Shown: positions 19,660-31,554 of the stretch, piece by piece
Layout: every line of letters starts with the position of its first letter
How positions within the stretch are numbered: position 1 is the stretch's first letter
DNA from: the human T2T-CHM13v2.0 reference genome, Homo sapiens
Assembly (NCBI RefSeq): GCF_009914755.1
Contig: NC_060925.1
Length of the DNA: 64,000 bases
Reading direction: 5' to 3' (one strand)
The notes under the pieces: model-generated
Told to the model about the DNA's origin: nothing
Databases searched by the model: none
The model's input: only the letters and a program-made list of their open reading frames with translations
Translations under genes and position numbers: made by a program

Positions 19660-20898
19660 CTGAGAACATAAATATACTTAAATAATAAAAGAAACAACAT
19701 TGAATATAAGTAACCTAGCTACTCAGATTACTATCACAGTGCAAAAATTCAAGATATCTCCAATGCACTTCACATTTTCATCACTAGCATCAGTTAAAGT
19801 TAGTTGAATATATACATACATATTCAACCAGAACGTAATACATTTTTCTTCCCTACAGAGTATATTTTCTACATCAATCTAAATGTCTCTCTTCCTCCTC
19901 TCTTATGAAGACGTATAATATTGGAGATATTTTATACTTCTTCTTTTCCTTATTCTGTCACTATATGCCGTAAGTTGCCCGGTCTTATTGATTCTACTTT
20001 TACAATAACCTCTCGTGAGCCCCCTCCTCTCTAATCTCCTGATAGTATTATAATTCAGGGCCTCATAGCAACCTATCATCTGCATGGCTGTAATAACTAG
20101 CCCAATAACTGGTCCCTGCATTTAGCCTCTCCCTACCCCAACATATCTTAAATACTTCTGTCAGATTAATTTTCCTAATGAACAACTCTGATTTTTCATC
20201 CCCTTGCCCAAATGCCTTACAATCTACAACATAAAGTCTAGAATCCCCAGCCCAGCATTTAAAAGCAGGATCTAGCCACAATCTATGTTTAAAATCGGAT
20301 TTTCCTCTACTTTTTCACAGCTATTTTTTCCTTTGTTTTAACTCACATTCTTCTCCTCCCTAATTTTGTGCTTTCCTGACTCGGAAACAGCCTTTCCTTC
20401 CTTCTCTGCTGTTGCAGATTCTACACTTCCTTCAAGGCTCAAGGTCTAGCTCAGTGCCACATCCTCCACAAAGCCTTCTCTTAATGTCTCATTTGGAAGT
20501 AACTGCTTCCACCTCCAAAGTACTCTGAAGGACATTTTGAAAATGCCTCTTTCTCAACTTTCTTCTGTTTCTTATTTTCTTTATCAACTCCTTAAGAAGA
20601 CAATCCAACTCTTATTTGCTTTTGTATTTTCCAATTGAATGGCACAGCAATATTTGCATGCTGGTTGACTAAATAAATAGTTGAAGAAATAAATATGTGT
20701 ATATCCAACAAACAAGAGGCGACATCACATCAGTTTTATGTAAAAGAAGACATGATCTAACACATAGAAAAATACTGTACTTGATACTGTAGCTAGACAT
20801 CAGCAAAAAAGAAAAAAGTACATTGAAAAGTAATAAATATTTATATCTAGGTAAAAATATAAAAGAATCTTTTCTAAGGAAGATCTCAGAGTATTTAC

Positions 20899-21095
20899 TT
20901 TAACCAATATATTTTATTGTAAAGCGTGTGCACAGTTTTTAATGGCCAAATATACCCAATTCTTTAATTTTTACTTTATTTATTACTAATACTAGGAAAT
21001 GCTGATGATTTGGCTCTAGAAAGTTGAAATAACATTTGAAACACCATCAATTCTAAATATGGCCAAAGTGAACCCAGAATCTGGTAATTCATTTC
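20899..21095 (-). pseudogene. Relic exon, C-terminal half of an a-type thioredoxin domain
   Basis: Acceptor CTTTAACTCTATTTTTCAG. FTLAIFRIDGVSNVI (cf. IVIAKMDATANDV) is followed, after a frameshift, by AFPSI (cis-Pro FPT motif) and RIGYIWPLKTVHTL (cf. Y-x-G-x-R-T). Donor AAA|GTAAAT. Confidence 0.6.
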
Positions 21096-21377
21096 CTGAA
21101 AAATAGAGTTAAAGTCGATGTTTCACTATGAACCTTTGAAATCATCATCAAATTCATTTTTTTCATGTGTGTCTAGTGAAGTTCTTGGTATATAAACACT
21201 CATAAACACCACATATTGGATGAATGAATGAATCAATCAACAAGAGTGCTGATGGTAGTTGTAGCTACTACCCTCTGAGTGATAATCCTATACCAATACA
21301 TTGAGCTGACAAACAGCTGCACAGAAATAGGTGCTCAGTAAATATTTGTTGAGTTTAATTCACATAATTTTAGAGCT

Positions 21378-22111
21378 GGCCAGTCACAGTGGTTCATGCC
21401 TCTAATCCCAGCACTTTGGGAGGCTGAGGCAGGAGAATCACTTGAGGCCCAGAGTTCAAGACCAGTCTGGGCGATATAGTGAGACCCCCTTCTCTAATTT
21501 TAAAAATAGATAGATAGATAGATAGATATCATGTACATAAATAGAGATTCATAAATACATAAATATTAAAATATATATTTAATGTATAAATTTATATATT
21601 TAAATATATAAATATATATGGATGTATAAATTTATATATTTAAATATATAATTATATATGAATATATATTCATAAATATATGGAATACCTCTGCTATCCA
21701 ATGTTTTAATATATAAATATGTTTAAATATATGAATATATAAATATAAATACATATAAAATATACAGAGATATACATATGAATATGTATATCTATGTATA
21801 CATATGAATATGTATATCTATGTATACATTTTTAGATCTATCTAAATATTTATCTAATATATATAGATATAGATATACAAAGATATGTATATCTATATAC
21901 ATTTTAATATATATTTATATTTATATATTCATATATTTATATATTTAAATATATTTATATATTAGAATATTGGATAGCAGAGGTATATCCATATATATTT
22001 ATGAATATATATCCATTTAGATCTATCTAAGTATATATCTATCGAATATATATACATAGATATAGATATACATAGATATGTGGATATATAGATGCATATA
22101 TATCTATAGTT
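21378..22111 (+). mobile_element. Alu monomer (FLAM/left arm) with a ~600-bp AT-rich expanded tail between TSDs
   Basis: TSD ACATAATTTTAGAGCT at 21362-21377 and 22112-22127 brackets the monomer (to ~21505), a (GATA)n run and AT-rich palindromic sequence. Confidence 0.85.
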
Positions 22112-22370
22112 ACATAATTTTAGAGCTGGAGAGGACCTTAGAAATGATATACCTTCTGTTTATTGCTCTCTCCTCTATGAGTACGCACAGCTTTTTGCAT
22201 ATGCTTATTGAAGCACATGTACTAGCAAAGTACTTAGTTTTCTTCAAGTTAACTCCTTGAAGACAAAGATGTTGTGATGACACACCTTCCCCACCTAGCC
22301 AGATGCTTGCTTGGCAGATTGCAGGCACTTGAATGCTTGCTAAGTGAGTGAATGAGAGTGAATCTAGGCC

Positions 22371-22570
22371 TCTGCTATCCAATATAGCCATTAGCCACAT
22401 GTGGGTATTTAAATTAATTAGAATTAAACAAAATTTAAAAATCAGTTATTTAGTCACACCTACTGCATTTAAAGTGTTCAGTCACCACATGTGGCTAGTG
22501 ACTACCATATTGGACAGAGCAGAGAATATTTCCATTATTGCAGAAAGTTCTATTGGACAGTGTTGATCTA
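22371..22570. mobile_element. MER3-like hAT DNA transposon remnant
   Basis: Internal inverted motifs gct.tccaata..agccacatgtgg / ccacatgtggctagtg..attggacag. Confidence 0.75.
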
Positions 22571-22959
22571 GAGTATTTCTCTCACTTTGCACAACAGAAT
22601 GAGCTCAGGGAAGTTGTCACTTGCTCAAAATTAAACCATCAGAAGCAGAACTGAGATTAAAACTGGGAACTCCTAGATCAATATCCATTGTTGTTGAGTC
22701 ATACCTCTGATTCATTTCAGAATTCTAACTGTATGTGGCCCTAACTTAAAGCTCCATATGAGCTTATGGTATGATATTAGGGGAAACATCGTCTTTGTGT
22801 TATGATTGTCATAGAAGTGATTTTATTTTTGTATTTTACTTGATCAATTTGCATGTTTGATAAAAATATATATAACAGGTTAAAAAAATGTACCTGGAAG
22901 TTCTGTACCTCTGGTATAGAAAGAAAAAATAATGCTAATTTTAAAAATACTTTCCAGGT

Positions 22960-23233
22960 ATCTAACTAAATAAAATATTATAGTATTCTGGTCTTGTGAC
23001 CATTTACTTAGAAAAGGCACAGCATAGGCTCTGGTCAAATGTGCTTTTTGCTTTGGTTTTTTAAAAGCATTCCTCTTTGGTTTATTAATTTTTGAAAATT
23101 ATTTGGATCCAAATCAACAAGTTACTTTTTTCAAAAAACAAAGGGGATTTTTTAAATTTAAAAACAAAGGCCATATTTTAATACAACATCACCAGCTATT
23201 GAGTGCGTACCAAAGAACTGCAAGAAAATTGGT
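22960..23233 (-). pseudogene. Relic exon, start of an a-type thioredoxin domain
   Basis: Strong acceptor TTTTTCTTTCTTAAG. LVDLDPNNFQKLI (23121-23083) is followed by PEPMLCL and, after a frameshift, FSSKWSQD at the FYAPWCGHC position. The 3' boundary is uncertain. Confidence 0.55.
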
Positions 23234-23743
23234 CTTAAGAAAGAAAAAAGTACAATGACAGAAAACATGATATAGTGCACCTCTAAGGAGATGGGAACCA
23301 GACTAATTGGAAAAAAACACACATCTCCCAAGCATTTCCACATACACATATGTACAGGTTATATAAGCAAAGTAAATCAACAAATTACTAAGATTTTCCA
23401 GATTTGGAATTTAAGGTGGGTTTGGTTTAAATTCTTAAAAGATTTTCGCAACTGTTTTAGAAAGCATCAGTATTTTCTAAAATGCTCTTTCTTAGAGAAA
23501 GAGCCTACTTTCTACAACTTCCATAAATGTATGTGTTTATAAAATTAGTATTTAGTATTTCCCAGAAAGAGCTATCCAGTTCTGCTTGGCGGGACAGGAA
23601 TAATTATATGAGGTTAGGAAGTGATCATCCCCATAGCTATCCTAACATTAGAATGTGAAGGAGGCAAGGAAGTGGGGGGCAAAATTGGAGTTGAGATCAC
23701 CCACATGCTATCAGTCTAGAGTTCTTAGAGATATTACAATTAC

Positions 23744-24360
23744 TCAAAGAACACTTTTTGATCCACTCTAGATATGTCTTGACTGGAAAGAAGTTATAGA
23801 ACAAATATTGTGGTTTCTGATAGAAAAGTATATAATCTAGTGTTGCTTTTAAGAATTACAAAGGCAATTTGCCATCTTCCCATAGAAATTTGAAAATTAG
23901 ATGAAAAAGAACTAGTTATGAAAGAGATCAAGTTTTAGAATTAAAGGAGGTGCCTCAGAAAGTATCTGGTTCTTTCCTTGAAAGCCTTTATTCTCCTGTC
24001 AGACAGACTAGTAATCAAGATGATAAAATGTCAGTATTTAGGTATCAATAACATCCCTATTCAACCATAGGCCAAAGAGAGAGGCTTTTTTTTGTTGCTG
24101 GTTTTTTTTTTTTAACTGTCATATTCCCTTTGATGTAAACTAAAAAACTTTTTGCTTGGCTGGGAATGTAATTATTCAAGCTCCTAGGTCATTATCTGAT
24201 AATGAATCCTCAACAACTCTAGTCAAGTTTGGTTTTAGGCAATGGAAAATTAAAGCAAGTACTTGATTCAGTTTTCTTAGAATATATGCTTTTTCAAACA
24301 ACCCAATATAGCAGTTTTTCCCAAAAATAAATGATGTATGGGGTAAAAAGTCATGGACTC
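23744..24360 (-). pseudogene. Relic exon, PDI b to b'-like
   Basis: After the AG comes VHDFLPHTSFIFGKNCYIGLFEK (about 60 open codons; cf. ERp72 VQEFL..IIGVFK). Then, across frameshifts: VYIKGNMTVKK, IILITSLSDRRIKAFKERTRYF, EDGKLP/FVILKSNTRLYTF and LEWIKK. It ends at GA|GTAATT. Confidence 0.55.
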
Positions 24361-24644
24361 CTGATGTTGATTTAAATTATCATAATTATAATGTTACCTA
24401 AGTGTATATTACACATAAAATTAAATATCTTATAACTTTTATATCATTATAAAACAATATAAATTTATAAATTAAATACAACATAATGTCCTAAACATAT
24501 GTTTCAAATTAACAATATTTGAATGTTCACTTACTCAGCAAACATTTATTTGAGGATCTGCTCTGTTCCAGGCACACAGTATGTAATTCTAGCTGTTATA
24601 ACAAACACATCCCAAATTTCAGTGGCTTAAAAGATTAAATGTTT

Positions 24645-24905
24645 AAGTGAATAAGCCAGTTACAGAAGGACAAATATTGTGTGATTCCATTCATAGAGAC
24701 GCAAGGTAGAAGAGTGGTTTCCAGGGAATGGGGAGTTATTGTTAAATGGGTACAGAATCTCAGTTTTGCAAGATGAAAAGACTTCTGGAGAAGGATGGGG
24801 GTGATGGTTGCACAACTATGTGACTGTACTTAATGCCACAGAACTGTGCACTTAAAAATGGTTAACATGGTCAATTTTATGTCATATGTATTTTTCCACA
24901 ATTTT
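24645..24905 (+). mobile_element. Old L1M 3' end inserted in a MaLR LTR
   Basis: agtgaataagccagttacagaaggacaaatatt...gaactgtgcacttaaaaatggtt. Confidence 0.7.
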
Positions 24906-25457
24906 TTAAAACAGTAATGTTTAAAATCACACACAGCAAATTAAATGCTAATTTCTCACTTAACCTCACAGATCGATTTCCTGGTTATAAATTGCCAATA
25001 GGGACCCAGGCAGGTAGAGGCTTTTCTATCTTCCACATCTGGCGTCTAGCATCATCCTTGACGTCAACATCCAGCTATCAGATGGGAGAAGAGTGAAAGG
25101 GTCATATGCAAGAGGTTTTTATGGGCCAGGCCTGGAAGTTGCACACATTCCACTGGCTGGAACTCAGTCTTGCAGCAGCACCTAATTGCAAGGGAAACTG
25201 GAAAACATAGTCGAACTGTGTACTCAAGAAAACAGGTTTGGTCATGACCTAGTCATCTATGCCATAGTCCATCCATCTGATACCAAAAAAAAGCCATTTC
25301 ACTCTTCTTCCCAAATAAATAATACACTCATTATTGTCACCAAATGAGATAACCTAAAATCCACCCAGTCACTGCATCAAGTTCAAAGTGCAGGATTTCC
25401 ATGTAATGCACAGAATTCTCAGTCAGATCTGAATATAATTCCACATCGTCCTGTAAC

Positions 25458-25660
25458 CCAGTTATTCTCAACTAAGAATGATTTTGTCCCCCAGGAGATA
25501 TTAGGCAATGTCTGAAGACATTTTTGATTAACACAACTGGGAGTGAGGGGGATGATACTGGCAACTGATGGGTAGGGGCCAGGGAGGCTGCTAAACCTCG
25601 TACAATATACAGGACAGCCCCACTGTAAAGAATTGTCCAGTCTAACATTTCAATTAGAGC
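25458..25660. mobile_element. MER20-like hAT remnant
   Basis: ttctcaact...ccccaggagata.ttggcaatgtctg.agacatttttg...gaggctgctaaac. Confidence 0.65.
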
Positions 25661-28600
25661 TGTGGCTTATGAACTAATAAAATATCTTCCCTCACTCACA
25701 CACAATGTATAATGATAGAACAAATATAGTAAATACTTCCAGGTAGGAAAGGGGGAAAAGTGGGACCCTGGCCCATCACAAAAATGAAATTTTGCAGGGA
25801 GGCATTGTGATGGCTCTGAGCTGGCAGTGGGAGCTGTTTCTCAGCTACACCCTGTTTCCATTATCTGTGAGGAATCTGCTTATCTGTTGTCCTCTGTGGT
25901 CCCTGGCTCTGCCCTCTGGAAATTTTTCCTCTAAGCCCACATTTAAAATGAGTGTCGAGGAACGTGACTTTCTTGAGGAGAGTACAACTTTTAACGCAGG
26001 CTCATGATTTCTTTAGCAATACAGTAGTTCAAAAACTGAAAAGTATTTGATCTTTTTGCTTCCAGTCAGTTCCATATGCCAGAAACACTGAGGTTTCCTA
26101 GAGATAATTCTCAATCCTGATTATCTCTTTGCTTCTTCACTCCTCTCTTCCTCTCAATTTAAGGAGGCTACTTTGAGAACATCAGACTTAAATGTGAAGA
26201 CCACACCCTAAATATAATCTTTGTTTCACGGCTGAGTCTTAATGGGCCCTTGTTGCTCAAGAGCTTTTTCAATCTTATTTCCTATTCTTTGAGGTATAGA
26301 GCAGTTAGTTTTTCCCATCCCTTGAGGCTCCAAATTTCTGGACTCTCTATATTCCTTTTAATTTATGCTTGCAAACCTGCTAATTATTGCATGAGTTCAT
26401 CTTATGTTTCCAATATCTTACTGAATGCAGCCATAAATATAACCTACTAACATTCCATTTTTCAACCTCTTATAGAACTATGGGTTTCATAGATATCTTA
26501 CTTTCTTACCAAATTATTGTAGGTATAAGATTGATGGGAAAGCTTCCCCTCTGCCTTCTGAAGCTTTGCTGAAATGACTGACAATAGACAGATTAACAGG
26601 AGAAAAGGCATACAAATTTATCAGTGCACATGGACAGAGTAGTCCTGCGAATATGAGACTCAAAGAAAGACCAGAGGGTTGAGACTTAAATATCCTTTTT
26701 GTAGGGGAGAGGTAAAGGGGGAGTGTACGCATTTTTAAGGGGTAGTAAATGCTTTTCAAGGGAATTGAATAAACCTGTAAGAATTGTCACACCTCTGGCA
26801 GTAAGCAGTCTTAGCACATGTCTATTCACTCTGTTGTTTTACCTGAGAGTTAACACACTTAGGATAGGTCTATAAATTCAGGTCATTTCAAGAAACATGT
26901 ATTGAATACCCACTAGGTACTGGGCTATTTAGAAAAGATACAAAGATGATCAGCAAACCATCCCTGCCTTTAAGAAACTTGAATTATAAGTACTGGAGTA
27001 GATACTTAGCCTCAACATTCATTCCACCATCCTATCTGAAGAAGTTGGAAAGCTGAAAATTACATTTCTCAGACTCCTTTGCCACTCAATTTTTGGGTGC
27101 AAATAAGGCCTGCCAAATAAATTTCCTTATGAAAACACAGGTGCAAGTGAAATGGAGGCTCTCTTCTTACTGCTGTGTCACTTGCAAGCAAGGTGTGATG
27201 ACATGCCTGTGGCATTCAGACTCCTCATAGTCTTGACAGGTGTGAGCCAGTGGTGGTGGCAGCAGCAGTAGCAGTGTTCTAGTGTCAGCTTCCCATCCCA
27301 GCTGCAGTGTATGTTAGTCAGAATAAACTAGACTTATGCTGTAGTGACAAGCATCCCCCAAAATCTCAGTGGCTTCATATAATAAAAGTTGCTTTCTCAC
27401 AGACAAAATGTTTCCTGCAGGTGTGGGCAGTTGCTCTCCATGTGCTGACTTAAGAAATCTGGGCTGCTTCAATCTTGTGGCTGCTACATCTTAACCCAAG
27501 GTCTCCTCTATAACTATTGTGGCAGGGAAGAGGTAGTCTAGAGAACTGCTCAAAGGCTTTTCACTGTTTCATCCTGGAAGTGACGTGTTACTTCTCACAT
27601 TTTATTGGCTAGACCTCATCACAAGGCCCCACTAACCGCAAGGGAATTGGGAACTGTAAACTCCCATATGCTCAGAAATCAAGGAGGACCGGATACTAGT
27701 GAACACTAGTAATGTTTACCACAAAGCATGTGACTTTGAATTCGACAGTCTGCTGACCTCAACCCCTTCAGCCCTTCCACAGATTTCAGAAGCAGTGAAG
27801 TGCCTGAATGAAATCCCTTTTTTTTTTTTTTTGAAACATCCAGAGTGGTTTCAGCTTCCTATGGTGAACCCTGACTGTATCCTTTGTGTGCTAGTGGCTT
27901 TCCATCCCCTTACCTCCAACCATTCTCTACCTTTCAGTGCCCTACTTTGTGCCCCAGGAGTCTGTCCTGTATGAACTGCATGTTCCGAGCCCCTCTACCC
28001 TCTGGCCTTGGTTGGTTTTGGATCATGGGAAGCACCACCAAGAGATCAGAAAGTAGGAGGTGAGAGAAATCAGGATATTTATCCCTTCTTCCTTTCAACT
28101 TCTCACCAGACTGTGGGTCCCTTACCCTGTCAACTCTGTGAAGAGTCCTTTCATTAAATTTTCCCCATTTAAACACATTGAATATGATATCTGTTTCCTG
28201 CCTTGACTATGACTCCTATCAGGGGTTTAATAATCAAACCATGAGTCTAAAAAACAGTAACAGACTGTCTCCTATCTTCCATTTTATAAAGTAGAAGAGC
28301 TTTACAAAATGTAAATCTGAATATATCATGCTTCTTCTTTAAAACTTCAATGGCTCTTTGTTAACCCCTGTCACTGTACCCAACTCTAAGTTGCAGCCAG
28401 ACAGAACTAATTTCAGTTCCCTCTGCAACATGGTCTCTCTTCCTTTGAGCCTCTGCACAGACACTACCTCCTTCCTGGAAACTGCTCCCCACCCATGCTC
28501 ATTATTCAGGCCTCAGCTTAAAGGCCTGAATTCAGGCTTCACTTACCCTAGAAGGCATTCCATAAACCTACTACTTATCCCTGTTAGCTTTTATAGTCTC

Positions 28601-30279
28601 CCACAGCAGTCTCCACTCACCATCATACACAGACAGCACTCAGTGTTACATTGTACTGCAACTGCCTGCTTACTTCTCTGTGTCCTCCAGTAGACCGTGA
28701 GATCTAAGACAGGGACGGCATTTCAAATCCATAGGACCTATTAAGGTGCTTGGCACCTAATAGACACTCAATAAATATTGGATAGTTCCTGAATGTTATT
28801 GAAAAAGATTGAACTGTCCTCCTCTGGTCACCATTCTCTCTCTCTTTTCATTCGCTGACAAAAAAATCAGAAAAACATCAATAAAAATATAATTTTTATT
28901 TACCCACATTACTTTGTCACTATCTTACTTTTCACTGTCATCTTTTCACTTACTTTGTCACTTTTCATCTTACTTTGTCACTATCTTTTATGATGACTCC
29001 TCTTGCCAAGATTACCAATGACCTCCTAGACCTTCAATTCAGTAGCTTCTTTTCAGTCCAAATCCTCTGGGACTGCTCTGCAGCACTCTCTTGAAATGGT
29101 CCTCTGTCCTACATGGATCACAGATTGCTCTCTCTCTTTCTTTCTCTCTCTCTTCTCTCTCTCACACACACATACTCACATACCACACACACACACTTTA
29201 GTTGATCTGTTTGCATATCTCTGTTTTTCTCCATTCCTTTATAAGCCCCTATGTCTTATTCATTTGCATCTCTAGTACCCAGCATAGTGCCTGGCACACA
29301 ATAGAACTTTGTAACTACGAATGTTACATGATTAAAACCGTCTGGGCTTCCAGGCCATCTCTTTCTTCATCTCCTTTTTCTCTTGACTGCTTGTTCTTAG
29401 GCACCTTCACGATCTCCTCTTTGCCTACCCTTTAAATATTCTTCAGAGTAACTCATCCTTATCCACCTTTTGGGCTTCAGCCATCAGCGATTACCTCAAT
29501 TCCCAAATGTATATTTTCAATTGCCAATGCATTTTTATGAGCTAAGGCTGCCTCTCTCTCCCTAGATGTACTGCAAGCAGATCCCATAAAGACTCATTAT
29601 CTCTTCCATTCCCAACCTGCCCTCCTCTTGCTTTCAATGTTCAGTCAATGAAATTAACATTCATCCAGTGCTCTAAATGACAAATCTCAAAGTCCCCAAA
29701 TGCATCTCACTGTCTTTGCCCCCTGTCCTGCAGGGTAAGAAGCTTTATCCATTACCAAATCCCCACCCCCGAACCTGCCTCTGAATCTTTTTTTTTTTTT
29801 AATTTATTTCTCCTAGAACAACTTACCCCACTTTGTCCCAAATCATTTTCATCCTTTGAAATTCAGAAAACTGATTAACTTCAATTAATTGCTTCTCTGA
29901 GTTCTACATAGCTTGGTGCTAGGTTGTGTTTTTTTAATGACCTGTCTAAACATGTCTTCCTCACTAGATTGTAAAATTCTTGAGGGCAGTTATTGGCTTT
30001 TGGTTATGGGGTCTAGCCGATGATTGACATTTTAAGCAATTTTTTTATATGAATGAATGAGTAAACGAGTAAACTGAGAAAGAAAATATTTTCAATTAAA
30101 CCCTTTCAGAATTACTGTGGCAGAATCTGAGTGAAAATGACAATAACTCAGTTTAAAAACATGAACATCACGTAACCAACTTTGTAACATTCATTGTAAC
30201 AATACATGCATGATTACAGAAGGCAGGTAATTGTTATTCCCCTAGGGAGATTTTTTTTTAAGCCTGCTCTGAAGATTTT

Positions 30280-30434
30280 GTTTTGTTTTTAAGACAGGGG
30301 CTTGTTCTGTTGCCCAGGCTAGAGTGCAGTGGCGCGATCTCCGATCATTGCAAGCTCCGCTTCCCCGGCTCAGGCTAACCTCCCTCCTCAGCCTCCCGAG
30401 TAGCTGGGATTACAGCGTAGCCATGCCAGACTGC
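30280..30434 (-). mobile_element. Alu right-arm fragment
   Basis: tttttaagacaggg..gttgcccaggctagagtgcagtggcgcgatc..gctgggattacag. Confidence 0.8.
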
Positions 30435-31050
30435 CTGCAGAATTTGATTTTAAGCATTTCAGTTCTCAGTATAGACAGACAAATTTTTAAAGGGAGGGTA
30501 TTATTTTAACTGCTTCTTTGCTCTTTTATCTTTTGTCCTGGGTGACAGGAACTAGATAAGCTATACCCCAGAGAAAGCGCCTGCAGCAGTACGGTGCCTG
30601 GGCCCTTGATAGTCCCTCAGCACATCATTTTCCTTTTTCCTACCTTATCTTCCTTTTATATTTGAAGGCTCGTGAATTTAGAGTACCTAACGGAAATTTT
30701 AGTTTTAGGATTTCAATTTGACCAAAACAACGCTGAGATTTTAATTGCCTCTATTAACCCATGGCTCTCAAACCCAAAGGAAAGAAACCACTGGAGGGGG
30801 TGGGGGAGAAAGGAGGCGGTGCAAAAACTGAAAAGAAAGGCGGAGAGGAAGCGGTAGAAGGAAGCTTTCTCTGTCGGGTTTGTCTTTTTTTAACCCCAGA
30901 AAGGCGTGACGTGCTAACTGCCGTCGCGGGTTAGAGTCCGCGGCCAAGCCCGCGCCCGCCCACAAAGTCCCCGCCCTCCCTCCGGCTTCCGCCCCGCCGT
31001 GCGCTGCAGGCCGCGGCCGCTGGGGGCGCCCCCGACCCCCGAGGCGCTGA

Positions 31051-31554
<504 letters not shown>

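Noticed and set aside
30190-30230. Minus-strand C-M-Y-C as a possible CxxC active site of the relic gene
   Set aside because: It has no preceding Trp or flanking thioredoxin context, so it cannot be distinguished from chance.
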